Of a stretch of DNA of 64,000 bases, positions 27,958 to 41,704 are shown piece by piece. Position 1 is the first letter of the stretch, and each line of letters opens with the position of its first letter. The notes beneath the pieces were generated by a model. That model did not search any database and was not told the origin of the DNA. It was given only the letters and a program-made list of their open reading frames with translations. The stretch is from Eledone cirrhosa (Eukaryota). The DNA lies in assembly GCA_964016885.1 (NCBI GenBank), contig OZ024740.1:333622001-333686000 (forward strand), read 5' to 3'. A program made the position numbers and the translations under genes.

Positions 27958-29590
27958 ATAAAACATAGTGAAATATTTGGAAAGCCTCCTCAAGAAATGC
28001 AAAAAATATATAAATAAAAGTAATGCAAGAGATATATAAAAAAATATATAAAAAATATAAGGAAATATAGTTAGGTATGTGTATATGTATGTATATACAC
28101 TCACAAATGTACATATGTGTGTATGTACAAATGCATGTGTATGGTGAAAATGTGTGCGTAAGTACATATATGAGGGCAAGTATATTTGTGTATATGTGAC
28201 CACAAATACGGATATAATATGAGTTGAAAAAGAAAATGATAATATAGTTGACACGCCTCCAGATACAGGTATTAAATACACATACGAGTATGAAAGCACG
28301 CGTATAAACACACACACACGCGCGGTCACTTATATGCGGAAGATAAAGAGTGAAGGGAGTGTAATAGTAAAAAGAAGTGTCATTCTCGATATATGTATAC
28401 AAATGAAACAGTATATGAGAATGAAAAACATTTTTTAAATGAAAAAGAATGTAATCAATTAACACTAGAGAAAAGAAAACAAACATAGGTACGCACGTAC
28501 ATACAGATATCTATAAAAATCATATATCTATAAACAAATATTTATACACACAAATACGTACAGACAAAAGCGCATGCATGCGTACATACATACACACGAG
28601 GCACGTATATACATATATCGCCCCATGTACATCTAATCACACGTACGTACGCGACTATATATATATATACATACAAATACACATACACATACACACCCAT
28701 ACATACATATACATATATACACACATACATACACATTCAAGTACATTCACCCGCTTACACACACACGTGAAAATAAGAATGTAAAAAACATAGCTGTAAA
28801 AACATAGATATAAAAACACACATACACACATATATATACACGTACGCACGCGCGCATACTGGGTATACGCACATAAGCACACTCAGGCACATAGATACAG
28901 AGTATAAAGCAGCCTTATGAATAAATGAGTACACATATAAAATCGGCTGCGAAACAACTGAATATATCTGGAGTGGAAAACGCAAGACACCTCTGGAATC
29001 AGGTAGTGAAAGAAAATGGGGAAGTAAAATGTGGAATGTGAAGATATTAGGTAAGTGAATCGAATAGTAGGGGGGGGGGGGTTACTGCTGGATGGGAAGT
29101 AAAAATAAAACTAAAATTAAAAATACAGTTAAAAATGAAAGTAAATCAGAAAGAGAAGTCTATAAAGAGAATAATTTAAGGAAAGTGAAGAATAAGAGCT
29201 TAAGGAGGATAAGTATCTGAAAGTGAGTTAAGTTTATATGAGCTGGAAAGCAAGGGTGATTTCATGTGTGGGCAACTGGTGAAAATTTCTGTCTTTGTAT
29301 TTAGGCACGTTTTTGGTCATTTAACGTTTTGTAAAATCCAATATTTTTCACTTATGCAGAGTATACATCTTCTTGTTCCTCTTGCATATTCTTTAGATTG
29401 GTTCAAAATTGACCAATCCAATTTATATTTGCTACCTTGGTCTTTCAAATCCCATATTCTGCTAGCCAGAGCTGTTGTGAATCTTTTTTCTGGATGTCGG
29501 AAAGATGCGACATGTGAGTAATAACGTGAGTAATAGCCCTTTTAAAGTCGAGCACTCTTCAGTCGATAGGATTTTAAACCAATACTGAAC

Positions 29591-31432
29591 ATGGATAAAT
29601 ACCCTTTGGATTACTCTATCAAGAATATCCCAACACCTTCTAACACTTTCTACACGAAAATGCTGATAGACAAAGTAGAGAGGGTTGTTAAAAGAATGAG
29701 ATGGAAAGCTTTGATTCTCGATGGACACTTTAACATGGATTATACGGAACATTTTGATATCAAAACTCATAAATACCCGCAAAGAGTAAAAGATATGACC
29801 GCTTTTGAACTAGACTTAGTTAATCTAATCAACAATATCAATTTTCGTTAGTACTCTAACCCTTTTGAATCTAAATTATCTAATGATATTTCAATATTCA
29901 AATCTTCTAAAAATAAGTTCATTTTCTCCGACAAAACTAAAAACTTATACGAAGTTAATAATAATTTACATGACCAACTCTTAATAGATAACATCACCTC
30001 TAAATACCAAAATGCTAAGACTGATATCGGTCTTGCCAGCCAAAAAATTTTAAATAATATAAACACACACATTAGAAGTAAGTCTAAATTACTCCAATAG
30101 ATAAATAGCTCTTCCGTAGTACATTGGTTTAATAAAATTAAAGATAAAAATAGTTCTAGATTCACCCAATTTGACATTGTAGATTTCTACCCGTCTATCA
30201 CTCAGACTCTTTTAGCGAAAGCTATAAATTTCGCTAGAAAGTTTACCAATATCTCTGATATTGAAGGGAATGTCATCTTGCATGCTAGAAACACTTTACT
30301 CTTTACTGATAATGACACTTGGGTAAAAATATCTAACCCAGAGAGCCCATTCGATGTCTCAATGGGCTCTTTTGACAGTGCCGATGTTTGTGATTTAGTC
30401 GGCCTATTCCTCCTACACACACTTAAAGAAAAATTCCCTAACCATATTTTGGGCTTTATCGCGACAATGGTCTAATACTTTCCCATACCACCATAGGCCA
30501 TAACTTAGATAGATTAAGGAAAGACTTAATAAAAACCTTTGCTAGTTTTAACCTTAAAATTACTATTGACACTAACCTTTCCAATGTTAATTTTCTAGAT
30601 ATAAACCTAGATTTGCCTACTGCTTCTTATAAACCATACCATAAACCTAATGAAAATTTAAAATATATAAATAAAGGCTCTTGCCATCCTCCTATATTTT
30701 TTAAAAACATTATCCCTAATATTAGCCGTAGGATCGCCACCCTCTCTTTCTCAGAAGCTATTTTCAATAAGGCATGCCCCTACTATAATAAGCCCTTCAA
30801 AATAGCGGATTCAGCGAACTGATTAAGTACATACCCAACAATACTAACTCTTTTAAACATTATAATAGGAAAAGAAAAATAATCTGGTTCACCCCCCCCC
30901 CTACTCTCTAGCAGTTAAAACTAATGTAGGCAAAAAATTGCTAGAGCTCTTAGATAAACATTTCCTTAGAACACATAGATACTATAAGATCTTCAATAGA
31001 AACTGTGTCAAAATTAGCTACTACTGCGGTCCCCCTATTAAATCTTATATCATCAATAAGAAATCACCCAGAGAACATCAAAATTGCTCCTGTAGAGTCA
31101 AAAGTGAATGCCCATTACAAGGTAAATGCAACACCAAAGCCATTGTATATGCGGCTAAAGTAACAACCATCAGCAACAACCAATCAGCCAGAAGCGAACG
31201 ATATGTGGGTATGACACAAGACAAATTCAAAACGCGTTATTACTCACATTTCGCATCTTTCCGACATCCAGAAAAAAGATTCACAACAACTCTGGCTAGC
31301 AGAATATGGGATTTGAAAGACCAAGGTATCCAATATAAATTGGATTGGTCAATTTTGAACCAATCTAAAGAATATGCAAGAGGAACAAGAAGATGCACAC
31401 TCAGCATATGTGAAAAATATTGGATTTTATAA
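29591..31432 (+). pseudogene. Disrupted PLE RT + GIY-YIG ORF, likely Hydra clade
   Basis: FSDKT, QFDIVDFYPSI, DVSMGSFDSADVCDLVG, GLYRDNGL (YRDD changed to YRDN), RLRKD, linker CSCRVKSECPLQGKC (CxCx5Cx5C), IVY...YVGMT..FKTRY..H; several stops and frameshifts; clade call from recollection of published motifs. Confidence 0.9.
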
Positions 31433-32754
31433 AACCTTAAATCACCAAAAACCTGCCTAAATATACTTTCCTTAAATTATTCTCTTTACAGACTTCTCTT
31501 TCTGATTTACTTTCATTTTTAACTTTATTTTTAAATTTATTTTTATTTTTACTTCACATCCACCAGTAAACCCCCCCTCCCCCATACTCTTCGATTCACT
31601 TACCTAATATCTTCACATTCAAGATTTTACTTCCCGATTTTCTTTCACTACCTGATTTCAATAGTCACTTGCGTTTTCCACTCCAGATATATTCTGTTGT
31701 TTCGCAGCCGATTTTATATTTGTACTCATTTATTCATAAGACTGCTTTATACTCTGTATCTATGTGCCTGAGTGTGCTTATGTGCGTATACGTTCTGTAT
31801 ATGTATACGAGCGCCTCCGTATGCGCGCCTCCGTATGCGCGCCTGCGTACGTGTAAATATATGTGTGTGTATGTGTGTTTTTATATCTATTTTTTACATC
31901 TATGTTTTTTACATTCTTATTTTCACGTGTGTGTGTAAGCGGGTGAATGTACGTGAATGTGTATGTATGTGTGTATATATGTATATGTATGTATGTGTGT
32001 GTATGTATATGTGTATGTGTATGTGTATATATATATATATATATATACAGTCGCGTACGTACATGTGATTAGATATACATGGGGCGATATATATACATAT
32101 ATATACGTGCCTCGTGTGTATATATGTACGCATGCATGCGCCTTTTTCTGTACGTATTTGTGTGTATAAATATTTTTTTATAGATATATGTTTTTTATAG
32201 ATATCTGTGTATGTACGTGCGTACCTATGTTTGTTTTCTTTTCTCTAGTGTTAATTGATTACATTCTCTTTCATTTAAGCATTTTTTTCATTCTCATATA
32301 CTGTTTCATTTTTATACATATATCGATAATGACATTTCTTTTTACTATTACACTCCCTTCACTCTTTATCTTCCGCATATAAGTGACCGCGCGTGTGTGT
32401 GTGTTTATACGCGTGCTTTCATACTCGTATGTGTATTTAATACCTGTATCTAGAGGCGTGTCAACTATATTATCATTTTCTTTTTCAACTCATATTATAT
32501 CCGTATTTGTGGTCACATATACACAAATATACTTGCCCTCATATATGTACTTACGCACACATTTTCACCATACACTTGCATGTGTACATACACACATATG
32601 TACATTTGTGAGTGTATATACATACATATACACATACCTAACTATATTTCCTTATATTTTTTATATATTTTTTTATATATATCTTGCATTACTTTTATTT
32701 ATATATTTTTTGCATTTCTTGAGGAGACTTTCCAAATATTTCACTATGTTTTAC

Positions 32755-32832
32755 ATTACCTTGTCCGACGAACGAATGAGGACGTTTTTTTCGTATTCGT
32801 CTTATTCGGGAAACCTCTGGTAATGAGGTAAT
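32755..32832 (+). ncRNA. Type I hammerhead motif with CCGACGA core
   Basis: attaccttgt-CCGACGA-a-cgaatgaggacg...cgtcttattcg-g-GAAA-cctctgg-TA^atgaggtaat; 10-bp stem I, 11-bp stem II. Confidence 0.72.
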
Positions 32833-32857
32833 TATATTGTATTGTTTATTATACATT

Positions 32858-32927
32858 ATATATATATATATACATATATCTATATATACATATATATATA
32901 TATATATATACATATATCTATATATAC

Positions 32928-32960
<33 letters not shown>

Positions 32961-32975
32961 CATATATATATATAC

Positions 32976-33008
<33 letters not shown>

Positions 33009-33025
33009 CATATATATACATATAC

Positions 33026-33100
<75 letters not shown>

Positions 33101-33108
33101 GAGAGAGA
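32858..33108. repeat. (TA)n/(TACA) compound microsatellite
   Basis: Direct observation. Confidence 0.97.
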
Positions 33109-34514
33109 TATGATGATAGAATAAATGGAACGCTAGCTTATTAAATAATGACAAAAAAGTGAAACGAGAAAGTGAAATATAACATGGAAGGACGAGAATA
33201 GTTGATGGATAAAAGAGCATCAAATATTACATGGCGATATAGAAGACCACTTTCTGTAATTTCTCTATTTCTTTATAGAGTTATATTGTTTTACTCATCA
33301 CATTGTAAAAGAAGTTGCAACTTTGCCTCCAGTAAAAAGAAACAGGACAAGTGAAGAGTCGCCTCTCATTCTAAGTAGCATATAGAATGGAATTCGGAAC
33401 CCTGATATACCAAGACAAGTAGATTGAAGTATTCTAATGAGACGTACTGCTCTTACTGTTATCCAATTCCACATTCTTGAAAAAGCCAAATAATTTTCTT
33501 CTGGTTTCTAGTCGTTTCTGATCGATATTGAATTTGAATATATAGGTCTAACATTGTACGCTAAAATACATTCATTTAATTGAGGCATATAATGAATATT
33601 AATGAGCTGATTATTGAATGAATTTCTAACATATACGACCATGCTAACTTAATTGAATATGGAAAAAGTTGAAGTTGGTAAAGTAGAGTAAATTGAATAT
33701 TATATTCTGATATAGAAAATAGAGTTTTAGGCTGTCACGAAGTAGTTTCCGTTTTTCTGAAAGTACATAGTATAGTAAAAATCAAAGAAAAATTAAAATG
33801 TTCATTATTCTAATCAATAATGTTTTCATTGAATACATTCATGGTGAGATGTACACTTCATATTTTATTCTTTCTTAATATTCTCTCAGCATTATGATAA
33901 CAGTAATCACATCATATCCGAGGAAACAACAGTCAAGATTGTAATAATACGCTAGGAAATCAAGGAGATATCTAGACACATTCTAGAATAAACAACTTTT
34001 ATTCAATAATCTGAATTTGGATTCTTTGTCTTCTGAAATGACAGGTTGAATTTGCAAACGTACCCATGCCTGAAATGTAATCCGAATAAATACATAGATT
34101 TTGGAGAAATAAGGGCAGCAAACTTTTCCTGTGGTTAAGAATTAAATAGACAGCTGTGTCTATTAGAAAGGAAATCAATATCAATGATATATAATTTTCA
34201 AGTTATCACGCAACACAATTCTTTGAATTTCTAAAGACATTTGAAACATTTGATTACGATATTGTCTTACTGAATAACTGTTGTTATGTTCTCATTTAGA
34301 ATTATTTATAAGCATTGCATTGTTTCAATTTTTCTAACATTTCGATGTTCATTAGTTTACAAGATTACGAAAGCACACCCACATATGCACGTATATACAC
34401 GCACGCTCACACACAGACACAAACATCCCCTCCACACACGCATATACACACACACATACATATATATATTCAAGGAGATGGCAACATGAATGGACCTGAT
34501 ATTTTCCTCTAAAA

Positions 34515-34692
34515 AGATTTTCCTATTCCGACCCGACCGTCCATCCAATCTTTCTAATTTCTCATTATATCTGCTAATGAAGGACTACCGTCCGAAACGT
34601 TAAGTCCTTCTTCCTGCTATTTCAAACATTAACCTAATATATCCCTTACATGTACTGCACCCATTGTGTTGTTATTTCTGTTTCTCTTTTAC
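34515..34692 (+). mobile_element. Second copy of the 8905-9086 pLTR-like repeat; HHR core mutated (CTAATGA at 34574)
   Basis: ctaatgaaggactaccgtccgaaacgttaag plus alignable flanks. Confidence 0.75.
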
Positions 34693-35550
34693 ACCCCCCC
34701 CCCCCCCCCACACGCACACACACATATATATGGTAGGGGGTACGTGTGTGTGTATAAATATACATAAAGGTATTTAATTATACCGCATTGCGTACAAGTA
34801 CCTCAGTGCGAATAAAGTGAAAAGTGTTCTTATTTTAAATTGTATTTCCCGTAGTTCATTATCAACAGAGCTTTCATAGAGGCACAGTGATAATTGTTAT
34901 ATATTTGCTTTCTCTGACAAATATATGTGTACTTCTGTGCCATTTGATGATCCACTTCATTGAGATATTTTCAATAGGATTTCATTTGTCTCAGACATGA
35001 ATGTTGGGTTTGTCAGAAAAAATGAATTGTGTATGATAGGGATATAATTAATAAGTAGGCATTTCGTTATTTAATAGCTATGACAGTATATATTACCTTC
35101 GGTGGAATTTCAACTCTTAACGTAACATTGTACAAATAATTTAAAAGCGAATAGTGGTTAATTCTAACTTCTAGCATTTTAAAAATATGCGCAGGTTTCC
35201 TAGAAATTCCCTCCCCCCCCCCCAATGAAAAGTCCGGAAATGTTTGTTTCTGGAAGAATAGCTGCAGCCCATGAATACCAGTCTCCCCTCTCCACGCCAA
35301 CGATATTTTCGCAGAGAAAGGAAAATGCCGATATAGCTTGGCACCATTGGGTGAACTGGAACAATGTGAATGTCTTTCTCAAGGACACAATACATAGCCC
35401 GGTCTGTGAGCACACACACAATTGTAAGCCGACGCCGTAACTAATAGGAACTTTGCATACACAAATGTAGACACACATTCAAACACACAAAGACATACAC
35501 CCACTCACACACCCACACACACGCACAAATATATATATATATATATATAT

Positions 35551-36064
<514 letters not shown>

Positions 36065-36427
36065 GGCTTTAATTCCTCCGGAACTTCATCATCATCACTA
36101 CTCATTCACACCACGCCCCACGTCCCAGACACATCCGAATCTCTCTTATATATATTCAGACATTACAACACAACCTGATCTCAGATTGACAATCGCCACA
36201 GACAGACGAATGCGAGAAAGTTCTCCAACCCAAGTTAACCAGGAATCTATAATTTTCTTCACGCCGAAGTTAACAGAGAACTTACAGGGATCTACCAACT
36301 CTTAATATTATAATATTATACAATTAAATCAAACATTTGTTTACGCTACAAGTGAAGTCATTCTTTTCCTTTTTTTCGCTTATACCTAACTGTACCAAGG
36401 ATCTCACACATTTTCCAATATATATAT

Positions 36428-36466
<39 letters not shown>

Positions 36467-36467
36467 T

Positions 36468-37148
36468 ATGGAATAGAATGAAACGAAATTTCATTTCTCT
36501 CTCTTAGTACGGCACTTACTTAAATGTATGTATGTATGTATACGTACATACATATATGTATACAGACGTACAGTAGTATGTATATATATACATACATGCA
36601 CACATATATATATGCACGTATCGGTGTACCGAAAATTTATTATAATGCTCGGTTTGTTTGATTGAAAGAGTGAGAAATGAGATTTCGTTTCATTCTATTC
36701 CATTTATCGTTTTCGGTGCGCCCAGCCGACTGAACTCACTCGATATGCAAAATAGGCAGCTCAGCCGTTAATATGCATAAGGATAGTATATACTTTCAGA
36801 CGTTCAACCATCTGGCAGGAAGGTATACGATGCTGACGATAGCTAATAAGCTTGAAACTAGTACATCGTTCCTGTGTCAGTGTTGAACAAAAAGGTGACG
36901 TGGTTGCCTAAACACTGTACGGCGTAATTCGGGCTGTTTGTTTCTTTACAAACAAACAAACCTAGCATTATAATAAATGTTCGGTAAACCGATACGTGCA
37001 TATATATAGCTATCGTCAGCATCGTATACCTTCCTGCCAGATGGTTGAACGTCTGAGAGTATATACTTTCCTTATGCATATTAACGGCTGAGCAGCCTAA
37101 TTTGCATATCGAGTGCGTTCAGTCGGCTGGGCGCACCGAAAACGATAA
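36468..37148 (+). mobile_element. Multiply inverted HHR-bearing element (three inverted pairs)
   Basis: 36468-36505 vs 36666-36703; 36605-36660 vs 36950-37008; 36704-36845 vs 37007-37148; (TA)n flanks. Confidence 0.8.
36827..36869 (+). ncRNA. Minimal type I hammerhead ribozyme, canonical core
   Basis: acgatg-CTGACGA-t-agct aata agct-t-GAAA-ctag-TA^catcgt; perfect 6-bp stem I, palindromic ACTAGT. Confidence 0.88.
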
Positions 37149-37159
37149 TATATATATAT

Positions 37160-37585
37160 AGGAGGAGGTTATAGTTCACTTGAAGCATTGTGTAATGAGG
37201 TAAAAACGTTTGTATATGTATAATAAAGCCAAAACAATGCAGGTATGGACATAGAATAAAGAATGCAAATGCAAAAGATATTGTTTACAATTAGTCTATT
37301 ACCTTAGATTTATTTAAATGTCCTTAATTTTCGAGATAATATCTCTTCTTCGGAGGGATGTAAAACGGTTAAACCAGTGTTCTAAATAGCTTGCTAAGTC
37401 ATGCTGACAGGAAATGGTATAGAGTATCTGTTCTATCTCTAATGTCAAAGAGTTAAGGTTAGGTGGATAAAGAGTAGTCTCCCTTTAAAAGTTTTTTTGT
37501 TTGTACTTGCCTGTTTAAGTGTGTGGGAGAATGCATGAATGTGTAAGTATGTGAGTGTGTGTGTGAGTGTGAGAAGATATGTCTA
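37160..37585 (-). mobile_element. 3' pLTR fragment of the 62.3-64 kb PLE family, with a ~44-nt tail
   Basis: 37204-37585 aligns with 62300-62715; the extra 37160-37203 abuts (TA)n. Confidence 0.85.
37322..37356 (-). ncRNA. Minimal hammerhead motif with CCGAAGA core
   Basis: cct-CCGAAGA-a-gagat att atctc-GAAA-at-TA^agg; identical to 62418-62452. Confidence 0.7.
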
Positions 37586-37588
37586 TAC

Positions 37589-38032
37589 ATGCGGCCCATT
37601 CTCCACCAGGTACATGTGGCCTCCAAAGACGCTGTCCTCATAATCTGGTCACCGATGCACCCACCGACCATCCACTCCACCATCAGGTCCAAGCTTCAAC
37701 AACTCCTGACCCTCACGAGCCGACTGGGCATGAACGACGGCCACGCTGCTCTCTTTCTGTTGAGGAACTGCTTCGCCATGCCGAAGCTCCTCTCTATCCT
37801 TTGCCGCACTGCGTGCTACGCCCAGACATCTCTCCTCACTGACTTCGATACTAATATCGGAGCAGCAGCCGAGGAGATATGCAACATCAGGTTTGACGAA
37901 ATTGGATGGCAACAGGCCACTTTATCTGGCAGTTATGGCGTCCTTGGCCTAAGATACCTGATCTCACTGGCTCTGCCGGCGTTTCTTTCGTCCGTAATCT
38001 CATGCCGCGTCCTCGTCAGCAGGGTTCTCTAA
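37589..38032 (+). mobile_element. CRE-like non-LTR retrotransposon fragment (post-RT region)
   Basis: HAALFLLRNCFAMPKLL..RTA.., WQQATL...GVLGLR...LALPAFLSS. Confidence 0.72.
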
Positions 38033-38370
38033 AACACAATGGAACCCTCTGTTTTCAGAGAACGTGAGGCCGCCTTATTAATTATGCATAGTGACAACCG
38101 TTTGAAATATGTATGGTTCAGGATCGCTATTAATGCTATCAGCCCTATTCCAGCCCGATCTGGTCTTCACACTTGTTAATCAAGCAATGCCAAAACCTTG
38201 CTTTGCTTCAGAAACAATTCTGAAGAGACTGGAGTCGTGTCTATTGCATCAATATAGATTCTGAGCCACGGATGTAACTATGTACACTATATAAAGACCA
38301 TAATATGAAACCGCGTCCTTTTTCAATATAAATATATATATATTTATATATGCATATATATATATATATC

Positions 38371-39021
38371 TAGGGCGGGTAAAATTCACGAGATCCATGG
38401 ACGAGTGTTCTCCAGTGGTCTCTCTCTCTCTCGTCATCGATACCATGTGCTGCCTCGTCAATATACCAGTGTTTGTCCTTAGGTCATCAACGTACGTCAA
38501 CCTAGGTCTCCTTCTTCTGGTGTGTCCATGCAGGGGCTCCCACGGGAGCACTAAGTGTAGTGTCAACTTCAGCCTCCACTGTGCTACTCTCGAGCTGACA
38601 TTTGGGAGGCTCCCGTACAGCTATGAGTTCTTCATCCTCTGTGTATACGGATTAATGTTCAGAGTCATTGAAGGAGGCAGTGGAGTTGATGCAGGAGGTG
38701 GAGACCGTGTTAAAGAGTGTGGGGCTGAGAATGAATGAGATCAAGACGAAATATCTGGTAGAAAATATTAAGAAGCCGGAGAAGATCACTGATGTAGACG
38801 GGAAGCCGCTAGGATTGATTGAGGATTTCCTGTATTTGGGAGCAAAGATTGGGAATACAGAAGATGATGTGGTCGAGAGGAAGAGCAAAGCATGGGCGGC
38901 GTGCCACAGCTTGAGATCTGTGTCGAAGTCGAACCATCGTATAAACCTGAAGATCCGTCTCTTCGTTGCTGTAGTCGAGTATGTGCTGCTGGATGGGTGC
39001 TTCGCGTCGCGAGAAAGCTGA

Positions 39022-39023
<2 letters not shown>
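38371..39023. mobile_element. RTE-like LINE fragment with 5' inversion: 3' part on minus (38371-~38665), upstream part on plus (~38666-39023)
   Basis: Plus: KSVGLRMNEIKTKY, EDFLYLGAKI, RKSKAWAAC, LKIRLFVAVVEYVLL; minus: LYGSLPNVS, WEPLHG..RRRPRLTYVDDL; TA-rich flanks. Confidence 0.78.
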
Positions 39024-39077
<54 letters not shown>

Positions 39078-39079
<2 letters not shown>

Positions 39080-39305
39080 AACTGTTTCTACTTTTGGCAC
39101 AAGGCCAGCAATTATCAAGTGCATTACTGGTACTTTATTTTATCGACTCCGTAAGGATGAAAGGCAAAGTTAATCTCTTCGTGATTCGAACTCAGAAATC
39201 CCGCCGGGGTTAACATTGCCTTCCATCCTTACGGAGTCGATAAAATAAAAAAAACAGTAATGCACTGGGTATTTGCTGGCCTTGTGCCAAAAGTAGAAAC
39301 AATTA
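39078..39305. mobile_element. Inverted pair of 5'-truncated SINE family A copies (minus 39078-39196, plus 39197-39305)
   Basis: The two halves are reverse complements joined at box B; (TA)n flanks. Confidence 0.85.
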
Positions 39306-41215
39306 TACATATATGTGTATATATATTATACATATGTATATATTATACATATGTATAACATATATATATGTATATGTGCATGTGTGTGTGTGTGTGTGTG
39401 TGTTTCCTTAGTTTTTACACCTTAACATTCAGAAATACTATATTAATTTGTAGTAACTTCAATAAATAAAAGGTCACTATTTAATTCAGTGAATTTTGTT
39501 ATTCCTCAAATAGTCCTCGAGAAAGGTAAATCATTTATTTATATTGCAAAAATAACAGAAACATCACACTAGATCCATGTTTATAAATAAAGAGTTGTAT
39601 TTTAACCACTGGCAATTGTTCAGTATTAATACTTTGCAACATTGAATGTCTATTTTAGTGCTTTCTTCAATAAAATAGAATATATAAGATTAGATATACA
39701 TAACAAAGTTCTTCATCATGCTTTTCGCTTTAACTTAATCATATATTTTCCTAAATCTTCTTTCTACAGCACAAATCTATTCCCAGAATTTTCAGTAAGT
39801 GCGTCAATATTATATAAACCAAGAGTGAGCTAAATCGCGCGAAAAATGTTTCCTCTATCGTGGTATATCTCATAAAGGGATGAGAGTTAAGCACTTACAA
39901 CATAGAAATCGAAAAATATTAAAATTCAGAATTGATTTTATATAAGGTGTAACTATTATGTATTGTTTTGATTAACTCACTGAATGTTGGTTCAAACTTG
40001 TATTTTATTTATAAAATCTTCTTATAAGAAGTATTATTTTGTTATTATTTCATAAAAAATGATACTTGGGGATTTAAATATATTTTTATTTTTACTTATG
40101 TTGAGGATCCATTCAAGACATATTCTGTAACGTTTAATTCATAACAAGTTATTCACATAACATGTTGGAATACACGGTTGTTTTAATTTGTTCTATATAG
40201 TTGTGGAACATATATATTCTACTTTTTCTCTGAGGTATATCGGCTGCACATTAGCAGATTATCAAACCTCCATCTCACTTGATGCGGCATAACAATAGCC
40301 ATCCACAATAAACTATATCCATTAATGTTATCAACTACTATCCACAGTTTCATCTATCTATTCCTGCATTGTAGTTCCAGCAACAACACCTAACATTACC
40401 TAAGGAATTACTATAAATGTATTTGCACCACTAAACTAGTTAACACCATCAAACTTATGTTTATACAGTATTTATGATGGTGCCACCGCTAAAATGACCG
40501 ATACTAAACACATTGTGCAATGTGCCCCCGCGCGAATGATAATTTATAGCTTTTCTTTCCCATTCATGTCTCTCGCTGCTTCAACTAAATCAATGACTTT
40601 CTCATTCTAGAAAAGTAACGATGGCGGAATCCTGCTTCAATATCATTTCCAATTTACATGAATATATATAGATATTTTTCACTATAAAGAGTTCGTATAA
40701 AATTTTTGATTTCACTTAGTCAATGTCAGTATTTCCTCCCAGGCTCATTATTAGATATTTAGCAACAACTGTAAATAGAGAGGAAGTTACATAAGACCGG
40801 AGTTAGTAAATATATTTTCGTGACTTAGTATGGACGACTGGATAAAACTGTGGCATTTGAAGGATTTGAGACATGTGAAATTGCAATGATAATACTTTAC
40901 TTAAACAGAAGCAAGGGAAAGACAGCATAAAATTATAGGCAAAGAAGAAAATACTTTGGGTATTTGATTATGCGGAGTTAGTACAAATAAAAAAAGACAG
41001 CAAGGGGAAATAGAACTACCATGAGTCCGTGTCTTGTTTGATTGTATAGGGAAGGTAGTTTGATCGAAAAGACAATATCTCTTTCTGTATATAATGTAAT
41101 GCAGCTGTGAGAATTCAGGAGTGACAGGGTATTTTGGAAATATAAATATACACCAACAAACAGATACATGTTTATCTACCAATTTATATCTCTATCTCTA
41201 TGTATTTGTATATAC

Positions 41216-41221
<6 letters not shown>

Positions 41222-41298
<77 letters not shown>
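41222..41298. repeat. (GT)n microsatellite
   Basis: Direct observation. Confidence 0.97.
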
Positions 41299-41302
<4 letters not shown>

Positions 41303-41704
41303 CGCGCGTGTGTATATGTGTATGTTCTTCTGATTTTATAATTTCACAAATTTTTGCCAATAAAGAGAGAGTCGGTTTCTAGCATTCTCTCATTGTAATT
41401 TACACAACATCAACTAGGTAGATATGTATTTATGTAGGTAGGCAAAAAACAAACATGAATAAGAAGGATAACAAAATAGTGTATTGAAGAAATATATTAG
41501 TTTCGGAGACTAGTATTTCACAAGAAGAAACAATGATAAATAGAAGACGAAATAGAAATATAAAATGTCAGAAGAGAAGTGAACGGAGAAAATGAAAGAA
41601 AAACACACGTGCTTATTCAGTCAGCCACATAAAAAGTTACTCAAATAAAAAAAAGCCACTATCACACACGCACTCGGACACACACGCATATATATATATA
41701 TATT

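Larger units (their letters stand above)
27778..32857. mobile_element. Penelope-like retrotransposon insertion with inversion: minus arm 27856-29526 plus tail 27778-27855, near-full-length plus copy 29527-32857; (TA)n on both sides
   Basis: 27856-29526 is the reverse complement of ~31234-32857; RT and GIY-YIG motifs; HHR near each end. Confidence 0.93.

Noticed and set aside
32695-33223. Many ORFs with IYIY, HTHT or CVCV runs here and elsewhere
   Set aside because: Translations of TA, CA and GT microsatellites
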